A DNA stretch of 64,000 nt from Methanobacteriota archaeon (GTDB lineage: Archaea > Halobacteriota > Methanomicrobia > Methanomicrobiales > Methanospirillaceae): NCBI GenBank assembly GCA_029547605.1, contig JAKPPB010000003.1, positions 36,212 through 100,211 of the forward strand. The letters run 5' to 3'. The notes below the pieces were generated by a model that ran no database searches, was not told where the DNA came from, and saw only the letters and a program-made list of their open reading frames with translations. The first letter of the stretch is position 1. Every line of letters starts with the position of its first letter. Both the position numbers and the translations under genes were made by a program. Of the stretch, positions 28,019 to 38,356 are shown in pieces.

Positions 28019-28463
28019 CCCCACTTGCATATTATCAAGAGTTTTTCATCCTTTGATCCTGTGAAGCCCTTCTTTTCTGAATGTTGCAACCCGGCCTCCA
28101 TTTCACACGCACTTTCATGACCTTTTCTGGATGAGATTGATACTTCAGACGCAGGCCTGTTTCTGATATCCGAACCGCACTCCCGCACGATAACGCTCTT
28201 TTGATTGATGCCCTGCCTACTTAAGCAGCCTTTAAGCGCGATATGGCCAGTGCTGGAGAAAGGATGAGAGATTATATTGCTGTGTAAATACCCTGTCCAC
28301 ACGTTACCGCGGACCGGAGGATGGTCTGGGGAGGGGATTCTTCCCCTCCCACCGGTGAAAAACAAAAAAGCGGCGATCGGGAGGTCGTCCTGTAGTCGAG
28401 GGGCGGCAGCCATCCTTGGAACACCAGAAATATCAAAATATCCCTGCCTCCCACACCAATGGT

Positions 28464-29264
28464 ATGAAGCTCTTCTGCGCCCAGGTCGCAAGCGTCTGGG
28501 AGGACCCGGAGGCTACCCTGGAGAAGGTGGAGCCATGCATCGCCAGGGCATCGCGGGCCGGCGGCGACCTCATCTGTTTCCCCGAGCAGTTCGCCACCGG
28601 ATGGGACCCGGAGTCGACCCTGCACGTGCAGGGGATCGATGGCCCTGTCACACGGAAACTGCGTTCGCTCGCCGAAGAGTATTCTATCGCAATCCTTGGC
28701 TCAATCCGCGAAGAGAGCGGGGCAAAACCGAGGAATACGTGCATGGTGATCTCCTCTGGGGGGGAGATTCTCTCCACCTACTCCAAGTGCCACCTCTTTT
28801 CCCCTGCATCCGAGGACATGTATTACAGCCGGGGAGACGACATTGCCACATTCTCTCTTGGCGGGGTGGAGTGTGGGCTTGCCATTTGCTATGACCTCCG
28901 TTTCACCTCCCTCTTTCGGCTGTACGCAGATGCGGGTGTCCACGCGGTACTGGTACCTGCGGCCTGGCCGGAAGCCCGGCTCCAGCACTGGGAACTCTTC
29001 ATTCGGGCCCGTGCGCTCGAATACCAGGTCTACGTCGCAGGAATCAATACTACCGGGATCACGCCGGTCGACGTGTACGGCGGCGGCTCCATGGTAGCGG
29101 ACCCGACCGGTGGTCTCCTCGTTCGCGCCGGGCAGGACATTTCGCTCATCTCATGCGAACTTGACCGGGAATACGTCGAGAGGGTAAGGGCTGCGCTCCC
29201 TGTCGCAAGGGACAGGCGCGATGACCTCGGGCCATCTCATGAAAAAAAGCCAGGGGAGCGGTAA
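28464..29264 (+). CDS. carbon-nitrogen hydrolase (nitrilase-superfamily amidohydrolase)
   Basis: 'MKLFCAQVASVWEDPEATLEKV...DLICFPEQFATGW' (catalytic Glu) and 'ECGLAICYDLRF' (catalytic Cys) are present. Confidence 0.85.
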   Translation: MKLFCAQVASVWEDPEATLEKVEPCIARASRAGGDLICFPEQFATGWDPESTLHVQGIDGPVTRKLRSLAEEYSIAILGSIREESGAKPRNTCMVISSGGEILSTYSKCHLFSPASEDMYYSRGDDIATFSLGGVECGLAICYDLRFTSLFRLYADAGVHAVLVPAAWPEARLQHWELFIRARALEYQVYVAGINTTGITPVDVYGGGSMVADPTGGLLVRAGQDISLISCELDREYVERVRAALPVARDRRDDLGPSHEKKPGER

Positions 29265-29389
29265 GAAACCTGCGAGTCGTCCTGCTGCCTGGAAAGACTG
29301 GATCCATTCTCTCCGGAGGGTTGAATTGTGGCACGAGACCGGCGTCTCTTCTTTTCCCGGGCACCTCCTTTTTCCCCTCTGGACGCACA

Positions 29390-30607
29390 ATGTATATTAT
29401 GTACCGTCTCGTGTGCGTTGAATGCGGGGAGTCGTTTCCGCCTGCCGAGATATTATACCAGTGCACGCGTTGCGGCCACCTGCTGGCGGTGGAATACGAT
29501 CTCGAGACCATTGGCGTCGACGTGGCTGTTTGGAAAAGGCGGCCGCTTTCCGTCTGGCGATACCGGGAGATCCTTCCGGTCTCCATTGAGCCGGTCTCGC
29601 TCCAGGAAGGAGGGACGCCCCTCTACCACCTCTCACGCATCGGAGAGGAGATCGGAGTCCCCCACCTCTATGCCAAGCACGAGGGAATGAACCCCACCGG
29701 TTCGTTCAAGGACCGCGGCATGACAGTCGGGGTGAGCATGGCGCTGCAGCTTGGCAGGACTTCCGTTGCCTGCGCGAGCACCGGCAACACTTCTGCGAGT
29801 CTCGCTGCCTATGCCGCAAAGGCCGGCATCCCTGCTGTCGTCCTCCTGCCGGCCGGAAAAGTAGCCCTCGGAAAGGTGGCTCAGGCCCTGATGCACGGTG
29901 CACGGGTCCTCTCGATCCGCGGAAACTTCGACAAGGCACTTGAGATGGTGCACGAGCTCTGCCTCTCCCATGGTCTCTATCTCCTCAACTCTGTCAACCC
30001 TTTTCGCCTGGAAGGACAGAAGACGATCGGGTTCGAGGCACTTGACCAGCTGGGAGAAGTTCCTGACCGCATGGTGCTGCCGGTCGGGAACGCCGGAAAC
30101 ATCTCGGCAGTCTACAAGGGCTTCACCGAACTTACGACGCTCGGGATAATGGACAGAATCCCGATGATGACCGGGATCCAGGCATCCGGATCGAGCCCTG
30201 TTGTCAGGGCCATACACGAGGGACTGCCCGAGGTGATCTCCGAGACAAATCCCGAGACAGTCGCGACCGCCATCCGGATAGGCGCACCCGTCAATGCCGA
30301 GAAGGCACTTGCAGCGATCCGGAAGACCGGTGGGACCGCCGAGTCCGTGACCGATGGGGAGATCCTGTCCATGCAGCGCGACCTCGCACGAAAGGAGGGG
30401 ATCGGGGTTGAGCCTGCATCTGCGGCTTCGGTTGCCGGAGTGAAGAGACTGCGCGAGATGGGCGCAATCGACCGAGACGAGAAGATTGTATGCGTAGTGA
30501 CCGGGCACCTGCTGAAAGACCCGGAGACGGTGATCAGGCAATGCGAGCCTCCCATGGAGATCGATGCAGACCTGCCCTCGTTACTCTCTGCATTGCAACG
30601 CTCCTGA
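29390..30607 (+). CDS. thrC: threonine synthase
   Basis: It has an N-terminal Zn-ribbon-like 'YRLVCVECGESF..YQCTRCG' and the PLP-lysine motif 'NPTGSFKDRG'. About 405 aa. Confidence 0.9.
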   Translation: MYIMYRLVCVECGESFPPAEILYQCTRCGHLLAVEYDLETIGVDVAVWKRRPLSVWRYREILPVSIEPVSLQEGGTPLYHLSRIGEEIGVPHLYAKHEGMNPTGSFKDRGMTVGVSMALQLGRTSVACASTGNTSASLAAYAAKAGIPAVVLLPAGKVALGKVAQALMHGARVLSIRGNFDKALEMVHELCLSHGLYLLNSVNPFRLEGQKTIGFEALDQLGEVPDRMVLPVGNAGNISAVYKGFTELTTLGIMDRIPMMTGIQASGSSPVVRAIHEGLPEVISETNPETVATAIRIGAPVNAEKALAAIRKTGGTAESVTDGEILSMQRDLARKEGIGVEPASAASVAGVKRLREMGAIDRDEKIVCVVTGHLLKDPETVIRQCEPPMEIDADLPSLLSALQRS

Positions 30608-31155
30608 CAATTGCACCGGCTTCGGGGCTTGGGGCAGAGTACTGGATCGCCCAGAACGGGACTTCGTATCGCGCAGCACTTGATCTCGTTGACGCAGAAC
30701 GTTTCGAGTTCTACGAGACGGGGATGTTTGGCGAGCGCACTCCCCTGAGAGCATCGGAGGTGATGCTTTCGGGCGACTGTGATCCCTGCCGGTTTGAGTG
30801 GAGCGGGAATACTGCCATCATATTCGAGAGGGGAAATTATTCTCTTTCATTCCAGGGACCGCTGCGTGACAATCACTTTCACGCCACGTTTGAGGCTCCC
30901 CGGCAGGTCAGCGTCTTTCTCCCCCCTGGCCTCGATGTACGGAACCCAGCCCTCGGGATGATCAGCCAGGGGGGGATCGTCCTCGATTCCCCCGAAGGGG
31001 GGATCACCGTCGCCTGGAATTCCACCCGGACTGCTGAGATCCGGTTCTATGACAAGGGCCGGGAGAACCTGCTGTATATCTTCGCCAATTTCTGGATCAT
31101 CATCGCAGTGGTAATGCTCGTCCCGTTCCTTCTCAGCATGAGGAAGAGGGAATAG
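30541..31155 (+). CDS. hypothetical secreted protein with C-terminal TM anchor
   Basis: A signal-like 'RPALVTLCIATLLTIAPASGLGAE' is present and the C-terminus reads 'FWIIIAVVMLVPFLLSMRKRE'. The start is uncertain and the gene overlaps the thrC 3' end. Confidence 0.5.
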   Translation: MRASHGDRCRPALVTLCIATLLTIAPASGLGAEYWIAQNGTSYRAALDLVDAERFEFYETGMFGERTPLRASEVMLSGDCDPCRFEWSGNTAIIFERGNYSLSFQGPLRDNHFHATFEAPRQVSVFLPPGLDVRNPALGMISQGGIVLDSPEGGITVAWNSTRTAEIRFYDKGRENLLYIFANFWIIIAVVMLVPFLLSMRKRE

Positions 31156-31261
31156 GATAGGGATATGCCATTGGACCATCTGACCCTGCAATAAACCTCC
31201 TCTTCCCTACCTGGAAATCTACCGCGGTGAGGATGACCAGGGAAAAAAAAGAGCGGGCAAG

Positions 31262-32155
31262 TTACTTCTTCAACTTGATATCAATCCCGAAACGCTCCGC
31301 GTTCCGGTCGGCAACCGCCTGTATCTTTGCGATCTCTGTCTCGTTTAGTTTCGGTTTGAAGAGGTGGCGGAACCTGCGCTGCTCCTTGAGATACACCTCC
31401 ACCGGCTTTCTTACCACCTTCTTCACCCTTGTCACCTTCCCATCCTCCATCTCGTAGTTGACCCAGAGCCCTGTCTCGATGGCGAGTTTGCCGATGGTCA
31501 TGGTCTTCTCACCCTCGAATCCCCACCCCGTACAGCAAGGGGCATGGACCTGCAGGTAGCAGGGCCCTTCCGTTGCAATGGCTTTTTCGACCTTCTTCTT
31601 CAGGTCTGGAAGATAGGCGACAGACGCCGTCGCCACGTAGGGTGCGCCATGTGCTGCGAGTATCATGGGAAGGTCCTTCTTCGGGCGGCGGTTCCCCGTT
31701 GAGCATTTTCCTGCCGGACTTGTCGTGGTGCTCGCATCGTACGGGGTCGCACCTGACCGCTGGATGCCGGTGTTCATGTAGGCCTCATTGTCGTAGCAGA
31801 TGTACACGAAGTCATGGCCCCGCTCGAATGCACCCGATAGGCAGAGGATACCGATGTCAAAGGTGGCACCGTCACCGCCGAGCGCGATCACCTTCTCTTT
31901 CCTGCCCTGTTTCTTCAGGGAGGCCACTATCCCGGATGCAACCGCCGAGTTGTTCTCGAAGAGCGAGTGGATCCAGGGGACCTTCCACGCGGTCTCGGGG
32001 TATGGGGTAGAGAAGACCTCCATGCATCCCGTTGCTGAGACAATGATGGTGTCCTTTCCGGCGGCGTCAAGGATGGTCCTCGCTGCCATGGCAGCCGCGC
32101 AGCCACCGCATGCCCTGTGCCCGTACTCGAAGAGCCCGCACGATTCTCCCGTCAT
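31262..32155 (-). CDS. porB: pyruvate (2-oxoacid):ferredoxin oxidoreductase, beta subunit (TPP-binding)
   Basis: '[17 protein letters not shown]' and '[10 protein letters not shown]' are TPP motifs. The start at the MTGESCG Met (32155) forms an ATGA overlap with the porA stop. The 74-aa upstream extension in the track is an artefact. Confidence 0.85.
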   Translation of the reverse strand: MTGESCGLFEYGHRACGGCAAAMAARTILDAAGKDTIIVSATGCMEVFSTPYPETAWKVPWIHSLFENNSAVASGIVASLKKQGRKEKVIALGGDGATFDIGILCLSGAFERGHDFVYICYDNEAYMNTGIQRSGATPYDASTTTSPAGKCSTGNRRPKKDLPMILAAHGAPYVATASVAYLPDLKKKVEKAIATEGPCYLQVHAPCCTGWGFEGEKTMTIGKLAIETGLWVNYEMEDGKVTRVKKVVRKPVEVYLKEQRRFRHLFKPKLNETEIAKIQAVADRNAERFGIDIKLKK

Positions 32156-33309
32156 GACACCAACTCCTGGCGGAGACCATGGAAGAGGTCTCCTTTGCCC
32201 TGTCCTGCCATGTCCACCACGGCCCTTATATCCTTTTTCCGCACGTCCCTTCCTCCAAGAGCGATGATGTAGTCGAGTACGGGCACCTGCTGCCCGTAGA
32301 GCGCATCCCTGACTTCGAGAGCGACCGCCCCCTTGGTACCAAGCGAGATGTTCTTGTCGAGCACCGCGACGCAATTCACCCCGGAGAGCGCCGATCTCAC
32401 CTCTTTATTGGGGAACGGCCTGAAACTGCGGAGACGAAGGAGTCCGACTTTCTTTCCATCCTTTCGCATCTCGTCGATCGCATCCTTGACAGTCCCGCAT
32501 ATCGATCCCATGGCCACGATCGCACAGTCCGCGTCGTCGAGACGGTATGATTCGACGAGGTTGCTGTAATCCCTTCCGAACATCTCCCCAAACTCCCTTC
32601 CTGCCATTGCGATCGTCTTTGCAGCCCCCTTCACCGCCTGGTCGATCTGGTAGCGGAACTCCATGTAGTAGTCAGGGGAGGCAAAGAGGCCGAATGAGAT
32701 TGGGTCTGTGCTGTCCAGGCGCTGGACGGGAGTGTACCGCGGGAGGTAGCTGTCCGCCTGCTCCTGCGTGAGCATGTCGACCGGTTCGTAGGTATGGGAG
32801 AGGATGAACCCGTCGAAGCATACGAACGCGGGAAGGAGGACGTTTCTGTCCTCGGCGACTTTATATGCCAGGTAGTGGAGATCGGCCGCTTCCTGGTTGT
32901 CCTCTGCATAGAACTGGAGCCAACCGGAGTCCCGCAGGGAAATGGAGTCCTGCTGGTCGTTCCAGATAGAGAGAGGAGCACCCAGCGCCCTGTTGACGAT
33001 GGACATCACGACAGGCATACGCATCCCCGCACAGTTGAAGCATACCTCGAACATCAGGGCCAGCCCCTGCGACGTGGTGGCAGAGTAGACCCTCGAGCCG
33101 GCCGCACTTGCCCCGAGGCACGCGGAGAGGGCTGAGAACTCGCTCTCTACCGTGATGTACTCGGCGTCAAGGTGGCAGTTGGCGACCATCTCTGCCAGTG
33201 CCTCCACGATGTGGGTCTGCGGGGTGATGGGATATGCCGCGATGACCTCAGGGCGGCAGTGCTTTACTGAGTGGGCCACCGCGTGCGACCCTTCCATGAA
33301 CTCCATCAT
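32152..33309 (-). CDS. porA: pyruvate (2-oxoacid):ferredoxin oxidoreductase, alpha subunit
   Basis: '[32 protein letters not shown]' is the typical alpha-subunit N-terminus. 385 aa. Confidence 0.85.
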   Translation of the reverse strand: MMEFMEGSHAVAHSVKHCRPEVIAAYPITPQTHIVEALAEMVANCHLDAEYITVESEFSALSACLGASAAGSRVYSATTSQGLALMFEVCFNCAGMRMPVVMSIVNRALGAPLSIWNDQQDSISLRDSGWLQFYAEDNQEAADLHYLAYKVAEDRNVLLPAFVCFDGFILSHTYEPVDMLTQEQADSYLPRYTPVQRLDSTDPISFGLFASPDYYMEFRYQIDQAVKGAAKTIAMAGREFGEMFGRDYSNLVESYRLDDADCAIVAMGSICGTVKDAIDEMRKDGKKVGLLRLRSFRPFPNKEVRSALSGVNCVAVLDKNISLGTKGAVALEVRDALYGQQVPVLDYIIALGGRDVRKKDIRAVVDMAGQGKGDLFHGLRQELVS

Positions 33310-33310
33310 C

Positions 33311-33571
33311 TTACTTCTCCTCCTTCTTCATCTCGATGGCCTGGCCCGGGCACTCCTCGGCACAGATTCCGCACCCTTTGCAGTAGTCGTAGTCAGGGAC
33401 AGGCTGGCCCTCACCGTCCTCCGCGATGCAGCCCTCTGGGCAGACCAGGGAGCACAGGCCGCATTTCGTGCACTTCTCGTGGAGGAACTCGGGTCGGAAT
33501 GTCCGCCATGAGCCCGTTCTGTTCTCTTTTGCCTTGCCCGGTTTTGCCGAGCACCCCAGACCGAGTGCCAT
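33311..33571 (-). CDS. porD: pyruvate:ferredoxin oxidoreductase, delta subunit (2x[4Fe-4S])
   Basis: Two ferredoxin motifs are present, 'CTKCGLCSLVCPEG' and 'CKGCGICAEECP'. 86 aa. Confidence 0.85.
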   Translation of the reverse strand: MALGLGCSAKPGKAKENRTGSWRTFRPEFLHEKCTKCGLCSLVCPEGCIAEDGEGQPVPDYDYCKGCGICAEECPGQAIEMKKEEK

Positions 33572-33573
33572 GG

Positions 33574-34125
33574 TCAGGATACCCCCTTCACGAACTCATA
33601 TGCCTCACGGGCTGCGGCAATGTTCTTGTCTGCCAGCTCGCCCGGGAACCTCTGGCGGATCGCGCCCTCGAGCGCGGGCAGCGCGATCTCCCCGCTCGCG
33701 GCGGCAAACGCCCCCATAAGGGTGGTGTTGGTGATCGGAAGCCCCAGGTGCTTCAGGGCTACTGAGGTGGCGTCGATGGTGATGACCTTCACCCCTTCAG
33801 GGATTGGGTAGGTGAGCGCCTTCTCTGTGTTGACGATCACGATCCCGCCTTTCTTGAGGCCCTGGAATACGTTGACGTCCCGGATCAGGGTGCTGTCCTG
33901 TACAATGATGTAATCGGGCTCGTACACCTGGCTTCTCAATCGGACCTTCTGGTTATCGAACCTGACGAACGCCTGGACCGGTGCGCCCCTGCGCTCCACC
34001 CCGAAGGCCGGAAACGCCTGTGCATACACCCCGCCCGCGAATGCCGCCACGGCGATCAGTTCTGCGGCGGTGACTGACCCCTGTCCACCGCGGCCATGAA
34101 TACGCAGCTCGCGCAAAGAAATCAC
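33574..34125 (-). CDS. porG: pyruvate:ferredoxin oxidoreductase, gamma subunit
   Basis: 'LRIHGRGGQGSVTAAELIAVAAF...AFPAFGVERRGAPV'. GTG start. Assignment to pyruvate rather than another 2-oxoacid rests on the four-gene GDAB order only. Confidence 0.8.
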   Translation of the reverse strand: MISLRELRIHGRGGQGSVTAAELIAVAAFAGGVYAQAFPAFGVERRGAPVQAFVRFDNQKVRLRSQVYEPDYIIVQDSTLIRDVNVFQGLKKGGIVIVNTEKALTYPIPEGVKVITIDATSVALKHLGLPITNTTLMGAFAAASGEIALPALEGAIRQRFPGELADKNIAAAREAYEFVKGVS

Positions 34126-34138
34126 AGTATAATTTTAC

Positions 34139-34150
34139 ATGATTAATCAT
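34139..34150. promoter_or_regulatory. perfect 12-nt palindrome ATGATTAATCAT inside the AT-rich por promoter/leader
   Basis: It lies 14-25 nt upstream of the porG GTG start and is flanked by TATA-like A/T runs (minus-strand reading: ..cattttagtatgattaatcatgtaaaattatact-GTG). Confidence 0.35.
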
Positions 34151-34247
34151 ACTAAAATGTTGAGATTTCACGCGGTGCATGATCGAAAAGACCCAGACAT
34201 CGTCCACCACCCCAGGGATGAAATAACACAGGTGAAAAAACCCTGTA

Positions 34248-35123
34248 TCAGGAGCGCACGTCGAGGCCCAGGATGTCCCTGGCCCCGGAGAAGACCTCCT
34301 CTGCGATGAGGGCAAGCCCATCTGCTGCGCACCATTCGTCGTAGACAGAGACCTCTCTTCCGAGAAGGGATCTCACTTCGCTCGCAATCACCGGTGCCAT
34401 GGTGCCTGCGAGGGCGACGTGCGCTTCGGGTGCAAGGACAAGGAGTGCGGCGCATTCCATCGCGGAAAAGAGTGCCAGTGCGGGAATCCGGTCAGAGGGG
34501 GGGAGGGTGTGAGATACTCCTGCATGGAGAAAGGCCTCGTTTGCGGTCGTTTCGCATCGGTCCACCCTGCGGATGGCGTCCACGTCAAGCGCCCCGTGCT
34601 CGGTGCCGGGAGCAAAGATGCAGGCATCGAGGGCACCCACCAGGCGACGACCCTTCACAAGGATAGTGACTGTGTTCGAGCTCACGTCCGATACCACCAC
34701 GTCATCGCCGAGATCCTGGACCACGTTGAACGCAATCCCGACCTTCTCCGGGCTGGCCTGGTGGGAATACACAAAAAAGCGCGGATCGGTGGGGGACCCG
34801 CGGTGGAGGCCAGGGATGGCGACCGCGGGGATGCCGCTTTGTAAGACCTGGTCGAACACGCGGGTCCCGCCCCCCGTATGCTTTCCGGCCCCTTCCCTGC
34901 TGACGATGCCGCGGTTTACAAGGAGATGAAGGGGGGTGATAGACGAGAAGTTGTCACCCATCGAGTAGGTGAGGGCGATCCCCTCGATCTCGTCAGGGGG
35001 CGCCAGGCGGAAGAGGTCCTCCATACAGAATGAGACTGCATCTTCCCGCGGTATCTTGAACCGCCGGCCTTTTCCGGCCGAGAAGCGAAGTGCCGAGGTC
35101 CCATGGTCTATCCCGATGAACAT
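34248..35123 (-). CDS. ASKHA-fold (actin/Hsp70/sugar-kinase-like) protein, probably methanogenesis marker protein 12
   Basis: The N-terminal phosphate-1-like motif 'MFIGIDHGTSALRF', the roughly 290-aa size and the methanogen context support the call. The family name is from memory, not from a search. Confidence 0.55.
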   Translation of the reverse strand: MFIGIDHGTSALRFSAGKGRRFKIPREDAVSFCMEDLFRLAPPDEIEGIALTYSMGDNFSSITPLHLLVNRGIVSREGAGKHTGGGTRVFDQVLQSGIPAVAIPGLHRGSPTDPRFFVYSHQASPEKVGIAFNVVQDLGDDVVVSDVSSNTVTILVKGRRLVGALDACIFAPGTEHGALDVDAIRRVDRCETTANEAFLHAGVSHTLPPSDRIPALALFSAMECAALLVLAPEAHVALAGTMAPVIASEVRSLLGREVSVYDEWCAADGLALIAEEVFSGARDILGLDVRS

Positions 35124-35195
35124 CGCAGTATCGTTTGGGTTACGTGTGAATATATCATATCGATCCTCTTGGGCGCCTCGTTCCCCATGCACCAG

Positions 35196-36083
35196 TCATG
35201 TACGGGGATTCATCCCGCATGCAGAAAAATGGCGGAGAGCGAGTTCAAAGAGGAGGACCAGGAGCACCCCTGCCGCACATGGAACAAATACTGAAGAGAC
35301 TGTCCCTCCCGCAGCAACGATGCGGTCATACATCATCCTCGTTGAGCCAAGCATCAGTCCGGTGAGAAACGCCAGCGACTGGGTGTGATAGGTGCGCAGG
35401 ACCACCTTGAGGACACGGCTCATGGATATGATACCCGCCGCGCCCCCCGCCATGTAGACCGCGAGGGGAAGAACGTCGATCCGGGCAATAGCCGAGAGGA
35501 GATACTCGTACTGGTTCATGACCAGGGTGAGGTATGCACCTGAAACACCCGGCAGGATCATGGCACACAGGGCAATGAAACCCGTGACAAAGAGCACCGG
35601 CAGGGAATGGCCAAGCCCCGACTGGCCAAGGCCGCCGACAAGATAGCCGGCAGCGAGGCCCAATGCAACCCATACGGTGGCAATGACCGCGTCCCACTGC
35701 TCGATACGGTAGGCGATCAGGACCGATGAGGCGAGGATCAAACCGAAGAAGAACGCGTATGTCAGGGCAGGGGCGGTGTCGAGGAGGGAGAGGACGATCC
35801 TTGACATTGCGAGCAACCCGATGCCGATTCCTGACAGGAGAATTGCGAGGAAGACAGGATCGATCCGGGCAATTGCCTCGACCGCCTCCTCTCTCCTTCC
35901 GCGGATGAGCGCGCTGACAGGGGCCACACTGATACTGCCGATCGCCGAGATGAGGCGCTCGTAAATCCCTGTAATCAAAGCGATAGTGCCCCCGGAGACG
36001 CCGGGAATGATGTCGCACATGCCCATGAGCACTCCCTTGAGCACGATCAGGACACCCTGTGGCGCATCGATTCTTGAAACCAC
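35196..36083 (-). CDS. DUF368-family polytopic membrane protein (polyprenyl-phosphate transporter family)
   Basis: The 'DIIPGVSGGTIALITGIYERL' signature is repeated as 'ILPGVSGAYLTLVMNQYEYL' in the second half. Confidence 0.8.
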   Translation of the reverse strand: MVSRIDAPQGVLIVLKGVLMGMCDIIPGVSGGTIALITGIYERLISAIGSISVAPVSALIRGRREEAVEAIARIDPVFLAILLSGIGIGLLAMSRIVLSLLDTAPALTYAFFFGLILASSVLIAYRIEQWDAVIATVWVALGLAAGYLVGGLGQSGLGHSLPVLFVTGFIALCAMILPGVSGAYLTLVMNQYEYLLSAIARIDVLPLAVYMAGGAAGIISMSRVLKVVLRTYHTQSLAFLTGLMLGSTRMMYDRIVAAGGTVSSVFVPCAAGVLLVLLFELALRHFSACGMNPRT

Positions 36084-36092
36084 ACCTTTAGT

Positions 36093-37088
36093 ATGAGAGA
36101 GAGACGTTTAATATTGATTACAGGGAAGAAGGGGAATGCCTTGAAAGCGGTCGTCACAGGAGGAGCGGGGTTCATCGGGTCGCACCTTGTTGATGCCCTG
36201 GTTGCACGGGGCGACGATGTCACCGTCATCGACAACCTCTCTACCGGGGATCTCCGGAATATCATGAGGCATCTCGATTCCGGTGCCGCAAGGTTCGTAA
36301 GGAAGGATCTCCTCGGGGAAGGATGGCAGGATGTCGTCCGGGATGCTGACCGGGTCTACCACCTCGCCGCAGATCCAGATGTCCGGGCGAGTGCGGGCAA
36401 TCCGGCGACGGTGTATGACCAGAATGTGACGGCAACAGTGAGGGTCCTCGAGGCAATGCGGGAGGCAGGGTGCAGCGAGATTGTGTTCACCTCAACGTCA
36501 ACGGTGTATGGGGAGGCCGAGGTCATCCCGACGCCAGAGGAGTACCCTGGAATGCAGCCCATATCCATCTACGGAGCAACAAAACTCGCCTGCGAGGCGA
36601 TGATCTCGGGATACGCCCACACTTACGGCTGGAGATCGTGGGTATTCCGGTTCGCAAACATCATCGGGGAGCGGAGCAACCACGGGGTCATCTGGGATTT
36701 CGTCCACAAATTGGGATCAAATCCCCATGAGCTGGAGATACTCGGCGATGGCAGGCAGCAAAAGTCCTATTGTTCGGTATTGGCATGCGTGGATGCCGTC
36801 CTCTATGCTGTCAGCCGCACAAATGAACCCTTCTCCTGCTTTAACATCGGGACCGAGGACTGGATCGACGTGACCTCGATCGCGTCGATAGTGACCGCCG
36901 AGATGGGGCTTCGGAATGTCTCCTTCCGGTACACTGGCGGTGATCGGGGCTGGGTGGGCGACGTCCCAAGGATGCTCCTCTCGGTTGAGAAGCTCAAGTC
37001 GCTCGGCTGGCGGCCTGCCCTCAATTCTGAAGCTTCGGTGCGGGAGGCGGTAAGGGCGCTGTTACGGGATACTGGCCGTATTCCCTGA
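36093..37088 (+). CDS. NAD-dependent nucleotide-sugar epimerase/dehydratase (SDR family)
   Basis: 'KAVVTGGAGFIGSHLVDAL' is a Rossmann motif and 'YGATKLACE' is the YxxxK catalytic motif. The true start may be TTG at about 36141. Confidence 0.85.
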   Translation: MRERRLILITGKKGNALKAVVTGGAGFIGSHLVDALVARGDDVTVIDNLSTGDLRNIMRHLDSGAARFVRKDLLGEGWQDVVRDADRVYHLAADPDVRASAGNPATVYDQNVTATVRVLEAMREAGCSEIVFTSTSTVYGEAEVIPTPEEYPGMQPISIYGATKLACEAMISGYAHTYGWRSWVFRFANIIGERSNHGVIWDFVHKLGSNPHELEILGDGRQQKSYCSVLACVDAVLYAVSRTNEPFSCFNIGTEDWIDVTSIASIVTAEMGLRNVSFRYTGGDRGWVGDVPRMLLSVEKLKSLGWRPALNSEASVREAVRALLRDTGRIP

Positions 37089-37113
37089 AAGGGGCATTGA
37101 AGGCAGGACTGAC

Positions 37114-38280
37114 ATGAAGAAGAAGTACCTCGTTGTGCTCGGAGACGGGATGGCGGACGAGCCTGTCCCTGAGCTTTTTGGCCGGACGCCCCTTGAGGCG
37201 GCGAGGACCCCGAATATGGACCGCATCGCAAGGGAAGGTTCCTGCGGCCTCCTGCGGACCGTCCCCGAAGGGTGCGAGGCCGGGTCCGATATCGCCAACC
37301 TCTCGATCCTCGGCTACGACCCCATCCGCTACTATACCGGCAGAGGCCCGCTCGAGGCAGCAAGTATCGGGATATCCCTCGGGAATACCGACATGGCCTA
37401 CCGCTGCAACCTCGTCACCATAAGGGACGGAATCATGGAAGACTTCTCTGCCGGGCACATCACGAGCGCGGAAGGGGCTCTGCTCCTCTCGTCCCTTGAG
37501 CGGGAGTTGTCTCCAGCCCGGGTCTATGCCGGCGTCAGCTACCGAAACCTCCTCGTCCTGCCGGATGCAGGGGGCGCGACGACCGTCCCTCCCCACGATA
37601 TCGTGGGCCAGGAGGTCGCACCCCATCTTCCCTCTGGCAGGGACGCGTCCCTGCTCCTTGAGTGCATGCACGCATCAGAGAAGGTATTTGCAGGACACCC
37701 CGTGAACAAGGACAGAGTATCCCGCGGACTCCCGCCGGCGACCCAGATATGGCCATGGAGCGGCGGCAGGGTTCCTGCGCTCCCGCCCTTCCGTGAAAAG
37801 TACGGCATGCGGGGCGGGATCATCTCCGCAGTCGACCTGCTCAAAGGCATAGGAAGGTGCGCAGGGATGGAGATCATCGAAGTCCCCGGTGCAACGGGGT
37901 ACCTGGACACCGACTACCAGGCAAAGGCGCGATACGCACTCATGGCGCTGGAAAGGCTGGACTTTGTCTATGTCCACGTCGAGGCTCCTGACGAGGCCGG
38001 CCACCTCGGAAGCGTGGAGGAGAAGGTGGCCGCCATCGAGCGGCTCGATGAGATGATAGGCACTATCATGCAGGAGTTCCGGGGGGTAATCGCTGTCCTG
38101 CCCGACCACCCGACGCCGATACGGACCAGGACACATTCCCGCGACCCGGTGCCCTTCGCGGTGTCAGGAAAAAGAGGGGGGCACTGCTGTCGATCGTTCT
38201 CGGAGAGGGAGGCCAGAAGGGAGAACTCGGCGTTGATGGAGGGGCCGGACTTTCTTTCTCACCTCCTAAAAGAGGGTTGA
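37114..38280 (+). CDS. apgM: archaeal cofactor-independent phosphoglycerate mutase
   Basis: 'KKYLVVLGDGMADEPVPELFGRTPLEAARTPNMDRIA', 'YVHVEAPDEAGH' and 'VLPDHPTP' are present. Confidence 0.85.
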   Translation: MKKKYLVVLGDGMADEPVPELFGRTPLEAARTPNMDRIAREGSCGLLRTVPEGCEAGSDIANLSILGYDPIRYYTGRGPLEAASIGISLGNTDMAYRCNLVTIRDGIMEDFSAGHITSAEGALLLSSLERELSPARVYAGVSYRNLLVLPDAGGATTVPPHDIVGQEVAPHLPSGRDASLLLECMHASEKVFAGHPVNKDRVSRGLPPATQIWPWSGGRVPALPPFREKYGMRGGIISAVDLLKGIGRCAGMEIIEVPGATGYLDTDYQAKARYALMALERLDFVYVHVEAPDEAGHLGSVEEKVAAIERLDEMIGTIMQEFRGVIAVLPDHPTPIRTRTHSRDPVPFAVSGKRGGHCCRSFSEREARRENSALMEGPDFLSHLLKEG

Positions 38281-38356
38281 GCGGCCAGGTACTCCCGCGG
38301 GACGTGAACTCCAGGGGGAAAGATTGGTATCCCCCCGTCACCATCACTGGTGTGGC

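Noticed and set aside
31262-32374. N-terminal extensions in the ORF track: porB from 32374, FKBP from 46517, cobS from 12928, GT2 from 22604, ndk from 27462, thrC from 29321, RFA-P synthase from 38324 and acyP from 686.
   Set aside because: The extensions overlap the preceding genes, are compositionally odd, and an internal Met that matches the known family N-terminus (often with an ATGA or short-gap junction) is available in every case.
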